Below are positions 15,097-22,941 of a DNA stretch of 36,012 nt, one piece after another. Source of the DNA: an uncultured Candidatus Saccharibacteria bacterium (lineage in GTDB: Bacteria > Patescibacteriota > Minisyncoccia > Phycocordibacterales > PALSA-1337); the NCBI GenBank assembly GCA_964362725.1, contig CAYIFO010000001.1:1-36012 (forward strand). Reading direction: 5' to 3'. A program made the translations under genes and the position numbers. Numbering within the stretch: the stretch's first letter is position 1; every line of letters begins with the position of its first letter. The notes below the pieces were generated by a model, which did not search any database, had not been told where the DNA came from, and saw nothing but the letters and a program-made list of their open reading frames with translations.

Positions 15097-16377
15097 CTAG
15101 ACTTTCAAATTAAAACCGGAACTCTTTATTGTTTCGGCTATTTCTCGACCGGCATGGTTGAGTAGACCCGGATTTTCCATGAAGTTTTCGAGAGTCTGGA
15201 CTCTTATAAGATCGGCGTTAGGATCGGTATTTTCATAGACAACAACCTCAAAGCCATTTTTTTTCAGTTTATCGCCAACATCATTGAAGAGACCTTGGAC
15301 GTTTTTTGTCACTCTTTGGATGATCTGGGCGCCGGATCGGATGGTGACCAAGTCCTGATCGATGGGTAGATCCAAAAGTGCACGGATATGGGCTTCAAAG
15401 GTTGTTAATCCGTTTTGACCAGATCGGCGTTCACTATCTTGAAGGAAAGATTCAAAAGTGGTCGAAGCTGGTTGACGGGCATTGACTTCGATAAGAAATA
15501 CTCGGTTGGTCTGATCCTCGCGGATAAGGTCGACCCCAAAAAGACCTCGCCAGCCGTCTTGTTGAAGTTTGGAACCTATTTTATTTACCATGTCCCAAAC
15601 AGTGCCTATCTCTTTTTGGCCAAGGATCTTATTGGCCAAAACCCAGTCATTGCCGATAGTGCTGAACTCATTATCGGTGAAAGGTGGCAAGCCGGTTATT
15701 TGATAGCTTATATTGCCGATAAGGATCCTTTTGGTCGTGACGATGGCATTGACGGTAAAGGAAGATCCTTTGATATAAGTGCTCAAGCGAGCCAGGCGCT
15801 CGGGAAAATTTTCCTGAATAGCCGACAATTCTTCTCTGGTCCGGATGAGAAGGGTGCCGTCTCCAGTATGACCGTGAGCCCATTGGATGATAAAGGGGTC
15901 GTTTTTCCAAGTGATGAGCTTGGTTACCTTAGCGACATGGGGTGGAAGATAGTTTTGGGCCATATCGCCCAGCCAACGGATCTGGGAGAATTTGTTCTCG
16001 ACTCTTTCGGAGAGCAAAGATTTGGGATTGAGACACTGCCAGCCTCTCTCCTTGATGGCGGTTTCGACTCGCAGGGAATTTTTGAAAACCAAAATGAATG
16101 GCTTATCGACTTGTTGTGAATCGTCGTTTGCCTGATTTGTATTTTGAAGACCTTCAATTAATTGCTTCGTAATCTCATGACTGACCAGATCGGAAGTGCT
16201 TAGCAATTTGATACTGGTCGATTTGATAAGGGTCACATAATCGGGGTATTGATTTTTAATTGTGAGACTATAAGGGGTCTCATTAGCGACGATTCTGTAG
16301 TTATTACATGGCTCAAAACCGAGGGCTCTCTCGATGTCGCGGGTGATATAGATGATAATTTTATGGCTTGGAATCAT
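15097..16377 (-). CDS. ATP-grasp domain protein (carboxylate-amine ligase type), substrate unknown
   Basis: The C-terminal half has an ATP-grasp-like core: GLFGVDLI.....VFLIEVNARQ. It lacks the Ddl N-terminal motifs. It sits 11 nt upstream of the NlpC/P60-like gene. Confidence 0.6.
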   Translation of the reverse strand: MIPSHKIIIYITRDIERALGFEPCNNYRIVANETPYSLTIKNQYPDYVTLIKSTSIKLLSTSDLVSHEITKQLIEGLQNTNQANDDSQQVDKPFILVFKNSLRVETAIKERGWQCLNPKSLLSERVENKFSQIRWLGDMAQNYLPPHVAKVTKLITWKNDPFIIQWAHGHTGDGTLLIRTREELSAIQENFPERLARLSTYIKGSSFTVNAIVTTKRILIGNISYQITGLPPFTDNEFSTIGNDWVLANKILGQKEIGTVWDMVNKIGSKLQQDGWRGLFGVDLIREDQTNRVFLIEVNARQPASTTFESFLQDSERRSGQNGLTTFEAHIRALLDLPIDQDLVTIRSGAQIIQRVTKNVQGLFNDVGDKLKKNGFEVVVYENTDPNADLIRVQTLENFMENPGLLNHAGREIAETIKSSGFNLKV

Positions 16378-16434
16378 GGTGACAGTTTAGTGTGAGAGAG
16401 AGAAGAAGGCAAGTAGTCCCCAGTCGTATTCTTT

Positions 16435-16562
16435 AGCCGTAATCACAGGAATCATTCTTTGTGGCGCGCTTTGACTGCATAATACTTCTGCCTAAAGAAG
16501 AACAGTTATCTGGTTAGGCCGCTGGCAATGCGCCACAAAGAATGATTCCTGTGATTACGGCT
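16435..16562. repeat. Element B: 33-bp perfect inverted repeat with a 62-nt spacer
   Basis: AGCCGTAATCACAGGAATCATTCTTTGTGGCGC (16435-16467) has its exact reverse complement at 16530-16562. It lies between the divergent ATP-grasp and rsmI genes. Confidence 0.9.
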
Positions 16563-16603
16563 CCGCATTTGGCCAAGTAACATTGTTGTGTTACTGTATT
16601 TTC

Positions 16604-17344
16604 ATGACCACTTTTTCCGTGATCGGCACTCCTATCGGCAATCTCGAAGATATCACTCTGCGAGCTCTTAAGGTCCTGGCTGCAGCTGATCTTGTTCTTT
16701 GTGAAGATACCCGGACAACCAGAAAATTGCTGGAAAAATATGATATCAAGACCAAGACTCTCTCTTATCACGTGCACAGCAATCAAAATCGTTCAAAAGA
16801 GATTATTACTCTTCTCAAAGAAGGCAAAAATTTAGCCCTAGTTTCCGATGCGGGTACGCCTGGTATATCGGATCCTGGCATCGAATTGGTCGGGCAAATT
16901 AGAAGAGAATTGGAGGCAGAAATAAAAGACGGTTCGATTAAAATCGAAGTCATACCGGGACCTTCCGCTCTGACCGCTGCTCTTTCCATAGCCGGAGTTT
17001 CCGCCAGTCAATTTACTTTTTTGGGATTTTTGCCTCATAAGAAAGGTCGGGAAACTTTATTCAAGGAAATTGCTTTTTCAAAAAGGACAATGGTTTTTTA
17101 CGAATCAAGTCACCGGATAATGAAGACACTTGATTCATTGAATATACACAACAATGGTTCGGATAGCCTTACTTCAAAGAAAGTGACGGTTTGTCGTGAA
17201 TTGACTAAAATCTATGAAGAAGTGGTGAGCGGGAGTGCTTTGGTGGTTAAGGAATACTTTGAAAAAAATAGTGATAAAGTAAGAGGGGAGTTTGTGGTCA
17301 TTGTCGAGGCCTTTCTTCGCCAAGGCTACGAAGGGCAAGCCTGA
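16604..17344 (+). CDS. rsmI: 16S rRNA (cytidine1402-2'-O)-methyltransferase
   Basis: FSVIGTPIGNLEDITLRAL..L..ADLVLCEDTR.T.KLL is the RsmI signature. The start was trimmed to ATG 16604. The last roughly 10 codons and the stop lie in a repeat motif. Confidence 0.88.
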   Translation: MTTFSVIGTPIGNLEDITLRALKVLAAADLVLCEDTRTTRKLLEKYDIKTKTLSYHVHSNQNRSKEIITLLKEGKNLALVSDAGTPGISDPGIELVGQIRRELEAEIKDGSIKIEVIPGPSALTAALSIAGVSASQFTFLGFLPHKKGRETLFKEIAFSKRTMVFYESSHRIMKTLDSLNIHNNGSDSLTSKKVTVCRELTKIYEEVVSGSALVVKEYFEKNSDKVRGEFVVIVEAFLRQGYEGQA

Positions 17345-17372
17345 TCTCGACAAGAGTTTTGGATAAAAAAGG

Positions 17373-17395
17373 CCGCGCGGTTATTAATCGCGCGG
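17373..17395 (-). terminator. Hairpin terminator, better suited to the minus-strand gene
   Basis: CCGCGCG(17373-17379)-gttattaat-CGCGCGG(17389-17395). An A6 run on the plus strand at 17365-17370 reads as a T-run after the hairpin on the minus strand. Confidence 0.55.
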
Positions 17396-17426
17396 TTAAA
17401 CTGATTTTCTTTCAACCGTTACCTTT

Positions 17427-17819
17427 TTAATCGGGCGATACCACCGATAAAAGATTTTTAACCCTCTCAATATCTTTAAGCCGTCTGGACAAAATAAGTG
17501 AAGATTTCGAATGGAATCTTGCGACTAGAAGCTCGCATTTACTTTGTCGAACGGATGTCAAACTGCCAAGCCTAAACGATTGGTCAGTCTGAATAATTTG
17601 GACATCAGAACTTATTTTAAATCCAGGTCTCTTTATGGGTAGGTTAAATCGGGTAAAAATTCCGTTAAACCGAATGATGTTTGATCGACTGTCGCTGATC
17701 AATGATTGGAAAAAACCAATAAACATATGACCATTTATTCTCAGCCGTGCAACCGTAACGTTATTTGCGTACGGCGACAGATCAGAATCCGTCAAAAAAT
17801 TTCTATTTAATGTTCTCAT
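17427..17819 (-). CDS. Hypothetical protein (130 aa)
   Basis: The track ORF 17427..18092 was trimmed to ATG 17819 because its 5' part overlaps a convincing plus-strand membrane-protein ORF. No family was recognised. Confidence 0.45.
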   Translation of the reverse strand: MRTLNRNFLTDSDLSPYANNVTVARLRINGHMFIGFFQSLISDSRSNIIRFNGIFTRFNLPIKRPGFKISSDVQIIQTDQSFRLGSLTSVRQSKCELLVARFHSKSSLILSRRLKDIERVKNLLSVVSPD

Positions 17820-17874
17820 TACCGTACCTTTCTTTTCTGGCGTAATTCTAGCACCCTGGGGTATAATGGCCAAC

Positions 17875-18102
17875 ATGTCCAAAAGGCAATTCATAATTCT
17901 GCTAGCTTTAATTCTGGTCATCTTGCCTTTTCTTGGATTCACTTCTCTTTGGAATAGATACATAAATGTTGTTGCCGGCATTTTGATTGTGATCTTGGCA
18001 TATCGACTAAATGCGCTGGACGGGCATAAACATTCAGGTAAGGATTTGTCGTATGTCGAGCACCGCGGGGAAGCAAGTGGTGATTTATCCAAAACGAACT
18101 AA
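17875..18102 (+). CDS. Small membrane protein (about 75 aa, two TM helices)
   Basis: Contains FIILLALILVILPFLGF and VVAGILIVILAY. TATAAT 17862-17867 overlaps the first ATG (17866), so ATG 17875 is favoured. Confidence 0.55.
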   Translation: MSKRQFIILLALILVILPFLGFTSLWNRYINVVAGILIVILAYRLNALDGHKHSGKDLSYVEHRGEASGDLSKTN

Positions 18103-18111
18103 TTACCATTG

Positions 18112-19308
18112 ATGAAATTTTGGCAAGACAGGAAACTGGTGGGTGCTCTGGCTCTGGCTTCCGGTTTTTCGGCCGTAATATTGGTGATTCAGATATTCGC
18201 CCTGCCTTTTCTGCCGACGGGACGCATCATTTTTTCCAACGGAACAAGCTTGGGGGCGGCTATTCTAAACAGCTTGGGACTGGAAACACCGCCTCAACTG
18301 GTCGTGACCCATATTGAGACACCGGATCCACTCAAAGCGGTTTACTTCACTAGTTGGGCGGCCGGACATCCCAAATTCCGTGAGCAACTTTTCGATCTGG
18401 TCGAGACAACCGAGATCAATGCCGTGGTTATCGATGTTAAGGACTATACTGGCCGGATCAGCTTCAAAGTCGATGATCCATATCTGAAACAGATCGGCGC
18501 GGCCGAGAATAGGATACCGGATGTCAAGGAGTTTGTAGCCCGGCTCCATGAACGAGGTGTTTATGTCATTGCCAGGATTTCTTCATTTCAGGATTCATAT
18601 CTCATAAACATTCATCCGGAATGGGCAGTCAAAACCAAGGATGGGACGATCTGGAAGGATTACAAGGGAATAAAATGGCTCGATGCCGGCGCCAAGCCAG
18701 TCTGGGATTATCTGGTTGCCATCGGCCGGCAGTCATACGCCTACGGTTTTGATGAACTCAATTTTGATTATATCCGTTATCCCTCTGACGGCGATCTGAC
18801 CAATATTTATTACAGCTGGAGTGAAGGCCGGACTAGGACGGAAGTGATGAAATCTTTTTATCTCTATTTGCGCGAACAATTTGCCACAACGACTATACCG
18901 CTTTCGATCGATTTATTCGGTTTGACAACCAGCGCTAATAACGACCTGGGTATCGGCCAAAATCTCAAGGATGCTCTGCCTTATTTCGATTATGTTTCGC
19001 CCATGGTCTATCCTTCGCATTTTTCCAAAGGCTATCTGGGCTTGAATAAGCCAGCCGAACATCCTTATGAAGTTGTCAAAAATTCCATGGATCGGGCCAT
19101 CGAGCGCGCTTATGAAGCTTCTTCCACTCCGGACAAAATCCGTCCCTGGCTCCAGGCTTTCAACTTGGGCGCGACCTATACGCCGGCTATGGTCCAAGCC
19201 CAGATCCAGGCGACCTATGATGCGGGTCTTACGAGCTGGATGCTCTGGCATGCGGGCAGTGTTTATAACAAGGAGGGTTTGGTGCCGAATGAGGAGGAGA
19301 GTGGATAA
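18112..19308 (+). CDS. Putative glycoside hydrolase-like TIM-barrel protein (DUF4015-like) with an N-terminal membrane anchor
   Basis: EINAVVIDVKDYTG, VYVIARISSFQD and FDELNFDYIRYP fit the recalled DUF4015 pattern. This has not been searched. Confidence 0.55.
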   Translation: MKFWQDRKLVGALALASGFSAVILVIQIFALPFLPTGRIIFSNGTSLGAAILNSLGLETPPQLVVTHIETPDPLKAVYFTSWAAGHPKFREQLFDLVETTEINAVVIDVKDYTGRISFKVDDPYLKQIGAAENRIPDVKEFVARLHERGVYVIARISSFQDSYLINIHPEWAVKTKDGTIWKDYKGIKWLDAGAKPVWDYLVAIGRQSYAYGFDELNFDYIRYPSDGDLTNIYYSWSEGRTRTEVMKSFYLYLREQFATTTIPLSIDLFGLTTSANNDLGIGQNLKDALPYFDYVSPMVYPSHFSKGYLGLNKPAEHPYEVVKNSMDRAIERAYEASSTPDKIRPWLQAFNLGATYTPAMVQAQIQATYDAGLTSWMLWHAGSVYNKEGLVPNEEESG

Positions 19309-19344
19309 CTATTGCTTTTTTCAAAAAAAGTTGTAATATATTCC

Positions 19345-19432
19345 GCAGACGCTACACCTGATCCGTTCGGGTAGTTTGGGTCTACCCAAACGATGCAAGC
19401 GCATTTCAGTCAGGTGATAGCGATTAGCCTGC
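19345..19432 (+). other. Candidate structured RNA element, unclassified
   Basis: Closing helices: GCAG/CTGC, CGCTA/TAGCG and CACCTGA/TCAGGTG. Two internal hairpins are present, one of which has two mutually exclusive foldings. Confidence 0.3.
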
Positions 19433-19688
19433 AGAAGTTATGGCAAATAAAGTTCGTAGGAATGTGTCGAGTTCTAACGGAAAGCCTAATGATGAATTCA
19501 CTCGAAGGAGTGTTTTTATTCCAGTTGGTTTCCATGTTGGTCGAGCCCAGTTTTCTGGCGTAGGTACTAACGAGAAATTGATACATCTGGAAATGCCGGA
19601 TCGTGGTTTACCAGAATCGGCATATGGTAGTTATCCGGGCTCAACACATTGTTAACTTTTGTCTGGTGCCTGGGAAGCGCCACAAACG

Positions 19689-19718
19689 GAACCCTTGCTT
19701 GAATGTGAGGGTTTTTTT
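19689..19718 (+). terminator. Rho-independent terminator
   Basis: AACCCT(19690-19695)-tgcttgaatgtg-AGGGTT(19708-19713) running into T7 (19712-19718). Confidence 0.7.
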
Positions 19719-19731
19719 ATTTGAAAGCAAA

Positions 19732-19754
19732 TCTGGGATGTGTCACATCCCAGA
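19732..19754. repeat. 23-nt perfect palindrome TCTGGGATGTG-T-CACATCCCAGA
   Basis: Same 17-nt core as 8801-8817. The flanking palindromic bases differ but stay complementary. Confidence 0.85.
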
Positions 19755-19757
19755 GAG

Positions 19758-19766
19758 TGATATAAT
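19758..19766 (+). promoter_or_regulatory. Extended -10 element TGaTATAAT, 10 nt upstream of ATG 19777
   Basis: Exact TGnTATAAT match. No SD-like sequence lies before the start. Confidence 0.5.
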
Positions 19767-19776
19767 TCTGGTAAGT

Positions 19777-21669
19777 ATGGACGAAGATCGCATAACATAT
19801 TTTGGCGAGACGGACGCTCGCAATAAGAAGGTCAAATTTGGCATCAAAGCCAAAGACCGAACTCGCCATGTCTATGTCATCGGCAAGACGGGCATGGGCA
19901 AGTCAACCATGCTCGAGAATATGGCCGTTCAAGACATTACCAGCGGAGAGGGGATGTGCTTCATCGACCCTCATGGTAAGACGGCCGATCTTCTCCTCGA
20001 ATATGTGCCCAAAGAGCGCATTCGTGATGTTATCGTCATAGCGCCTTTCGACGTCGAATATCCAATATCTTTCAATGTTCTTGAAAGCGTCGATTCGCAA
20101 AAGAGACATCTGGTCGTCTCCGGCCTCATGAGTACATTCAAGAAAATCTGGGAAGATGCTTGGTCAGCTCGGATGGAATATATTTTGACCAACACTCTCC
20201 TGGCTCTGCTCGAAGCGCCCGGTTCGACTTTGCTCGGGGTCAATCGGATGCTTTCTGACAAGGAATATCGCAAAGAGATTATTTCTCATGTCCAGGATCC
20301 CTCGGTCAAAAATTTCTGGGTCAAGGAATTCGCCAATTACACCGAAAGAATGGCGGCCGAAGCGGTGCCGGCTATCCAGAACAAGGTCGGTCAGTTTACC
20401 GCGAACCCCCTGATCCGGAACATGATCGGTCAGCCCCATTCTTCTTTCGATTTTCGTGAAGCCATGGATCACCGGAAGATCATCATCATCAACCTTTCCA
20501 AAGGACGGATCGGCGATGAGAATATGAAACTTTTGGGTGGGCTTCTGGTCACAAAGATCTACCTGGCGGCTATGTCCAGGGCCGATGTGCCGGATCGGAC
20601 AGCCAAGCTATTGCCCAATTTCTATCTTTTTGTCGACGAATTTCAAAATTTTGCTAACGCTTCATTCGCCGATATTCTTTCCGAGGCTCGGAAATACAAA
20701 CTCAATTTGACGATAGCCCATCAGTATATCGAACAGATGGACGAGATAGTCCGGCCGGCTGTTTTCGGCAACGTAGGCACGATGATCGCTTTCCGGGTGG
20801 GGGCGACCGATGCCGAGGAATTGGAAAAAGAATTTGCGCCGGTTTTCGTGCTTGAAGATCTGGTCAATCTTGGTTTCGCCCAGATTTATTTGAAACTAAT
20901 GATCGATGGTCTTTCTTCCCAACCTTTCTCGGCCACGACTCTGTCGCCAATTCCGCACCCCGACCAGTCCTATGTCCAGGAAATAATCTCCGCTTCTCGC
21001 GAGCAATTTTCCAGACCGAGAGCCGTTGTTGAGGAAGCCATTCTCAAGTTCCATGAACCTGTGCCAAAGAAGTCGGCAATCCCTCCCTCTACGACAATAG
21101 CGAATAATTCTGCGGTTGTGGGAAGTATTCCAAATGTGCCAAGTGTTTCATTGGTTAAAACTGCTACAAATAGTGTTTCTGCAAATCCCAAGCCGTTTAT
21201 CGTTTCGATGCCGTCGCCGATTGCTTCTATGCCCATTCATCAGGAGACCAATCCTGTACCAGTCGCAAAGTCTGCGTCTGTTCAAGTTAAAACCGCTTCT
21301 TACTCATCCAAGCTGACTGCAAGTATTCCAAAATCTTCCAGCGAGCCGACTTCTGGTCGGGATATTAATAAGCCAATTTCTTTGAGTTCTTTGACTCCGA
21401 CATTGGCCAAAATCTTTCCCAGAAAAGACATGAAAACGCCGACTACCCAAAATGTTAATAGTTTGAAAAATGCTCTTCAAACTCTTCTTAATAAGAATCC
21501 TAAACTGACTCCAGTATCCGGAAAGGTTTTACCGACTGCATCCAAAGCTTCTGAAATAAAACCGACAATTCCAGATAATTCAGCCGTCAAAATACCTTCG
21601 GAAACGGCTGTTTCAACGCCTCAAGAAGTGCCCGAAGAGGTTCTCAAAAACGTCTTGAAAGTTGACTGA
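19777..21669 (+). CDS. VirD4/TraD/TraG-like (type IV coupling protein-like) P-loop ATPase with a long Ser/Pro/Thr/Lys-rich C-terminal tail
   Basis: Walker A is VIGKTGMGKST and Walker B is LFVDEFQNF, followed by KYKLNLTIAHQY and GTMIAFRVG. The last roughly 200 aa are low-complexity. The start was trimmed to ATG 19777. Confidence 0.7.
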   Translation: MDEDRITYFGETDARNKKVKFGIKAKDRTRHVYVIGKTGMGKSTMLENMAVQDITSGEGMCFIDPHGKTADLLLEYVPKERIRDVIVIAPFDVEYPISFNVLESVDSQKRHLVVSGLMSTFKKIWEDAWSARMEYILTNTLLALLEAPGSTLLGVNRMLSDKEYRKEIISHVQDPSVKNFWVKEFANYTERMAAEAVPAIQNKVGQFTANPLIRNMIGQPHSSFDFREAMDHRKIIIINLSKGRIGDENMKLLGGLLVTKIYLAAMSRADVPDRTAKLLPNFYLFVDEFQNFANASFADILSEARKYKLNLTIAHQYIEQMDEIVRPAVFGNVGTMIAFRVGATDAEELEKEFAPVFVLEDLVNLGFAQIYLKLMIDGLSSQPFSATTLSPIPHPDQSYVQEIISASREQFSRPRAVVEEAILKFHEPVPKKSAIPPSTTIANNSAVVGSIPNVPSVSLVKTATNSVSANPKPFIVSMPSPIASMPIHQETNPVPVAKSASVQVKTASYSSKLTASIPKSSSEPTSGRDINKPISLSSLTPTLAKIFPRKDMKTPTTQNVNSLKNALQTLLNKNPKLTPVSGKVLPTASKASEIKPTIPDNSAVKIPSETAVSTPQEVPEEVLKNVLKVD

Positions 21670-21689
21670 CTATATGGAAGTATGAAGCT

Positions 21690-22934
21690 ATGAAGCCAAA
21701 GCGCATTCTCATATTTTCCCTAGCCTATTTTCCCCGCCTAGTGGCTGGGGCCGAAGTGGCGGTCAAAGAGATTACTGACAGGATTGATCCGAAAGAGATT
21801 GAGTTTGATCTTATAACCTTGCGTTTGGATCGAAATTCTCCTCGGTTTGAAAAAATAGGCAATGTCAATATTTACCGAGTCGGAGATTCGTCGGCTTTAA
21901 GCAAATTATTGATACCCATTACCGGTACATGGGAGACATTGAAGTTGCTTAAAAAAAACCATTACTATTGTTTCTGGCCGATGATGGTGACTTATTCAAG
22001 TGGCGTGCCGTATATAGTCAATATCTTGAGAAGTCTTGTCGGTCGTTCCCGAATACCCGTTGTTTTGACTCTTCAGGAAGGCGATTCTAAAGAATATATC
22101 CGTTCAAAGAAATTCGGTTTGGGTGGTCTGATCTGGCACGTTCTCCTATTTCCGTTCATTGTCTTCCTGCCGAAAAACTTGAGGCCGCTGGGTCTTATCG
22201 GTATTTCTTGGGCTCTGGCCTTGCGGCGAAGCGATCGAGTCACGGTTATCAGCCGGTATCTCAAGGATCAGGCAGTTGGTTATGGTTGCCAATGTCCCAT
22301 CTTTGTTATACCGAACGGTGTCGATTATGATTTGTTCTCAAAACCGATCGAATCAAAAACTCGTCAAAGTCTCCGGAATCAAAAAGGTTATAAGGATTCC
22401 GATACGGTTCTCGTTACCACATCAAGATTAACGGCCAAAAATGCCGTGGAGGATATTATTGAAGCGTTAAATTATTTGCCGGATAATATTAAGCTCTTAA
22501 TTGTTGGACAAGGCGAAGAAGAAGCCAATCTCAAATCTCAAATCTCAAATCTAAAATTAGAAGACAGAGTCTATTTTATTGGTTACCTGCCTCATAAAGA
22601 AATGGTCAAATATCTTCAGATTTCCGATATCTTTATCCGCCCCTCACTTTCCGAAGGTCTGGGCAATTCATTCCTAGAAGCGATGGCGGCTGGTTTGCCT
22701 ATTATTGCCACGCCAGTCGGAGGTATTCCGGATTTCTTGAAGGACGGGGAGACGGGGCTCTTTTGCGAAGTCAAAAATCCGCGAAGTATCGCCCAAAAAG
22801 TGGAGAAACTTATCAAAGACAGGGAATCAAAAGAACATATTGTGAGACAAGCCAGGGAATTGGTTCGGAATAATTATGAGTGGAGGGCTATAGCGGGAAA
22901 GATGAAAGATATTCTGGTGGCGGATAGGCTATAA
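21690..22934 (+). CDS. Glycosyltransferase family 4 (GT-B)
   Basis: RPSLSEGLGNSFLEAMAAGLPIIATPVGGIPDFLKDGETGLF is a classic GT4 C-terminal motif. Confidence 0.85.
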   Translation: MKPKRILIFSLAYFPRLVAGAEVAVKEITDRIDPKEIEFDLITLRLDRNSPRFEKIGNVNIYRVGDSSALSKLLIPITGTWETLKLLKKNHYYCFWPMMVTYSSGVPYIVNILRSLVGRSRIPVVLTLQEGDSKEYIRSKKFGLGGLIWHVLLFPFIVFLPKNLRPLGLIGISWALALRRSDRVTVISRYLKDQAVGYGCQCPIFVIPNGVDYDLFSKPIESKTRQSLRNQKGYKDSDTVLVTTSRLTAKNAVEDIIEALNYLPDNIKLLIVGQGEEEANLKSQISNLKLEDRVYFIGYLPHKEMVKYLQISDIFIRPSLSEGLGNSFLEAMAAGLPIIATPVGGIPDFLKDGETGLFCEVKNPRSIAQKVEKLIKDRESKEHIVRQARELVRNNYEWRAIAGKMKDILVADRL

Positions 22935-22941
22935 TAGAAAT

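Noticed and set aside
19440-19655. 71-aa ORF as a called protein gene
   Set aside because: No SD-like sequence or leaderless -10 lies in front of it. The composition is unremarkable and no family is recognisable. It is kept only as an alternative explanation within the finding on this region.
19330-19720. RNase P RNA, tmRNA, SRP (4.5S) or 6S RNA identity for the structured intergenic unit
   Set aside because: GGAAAGCC (about 19482) and ACGGAACCC (about 19686) loosely resemble RNase P CR-I and CR-IV. The second is clearly the 5' arm of a terminator hairpin, and no P4 pairing forms. There is no tRNA-like 3' end with an alanine acceptor (tmRNA). There is no GNRA-capped domain IV with AGCA/GGAA loops (SRP).
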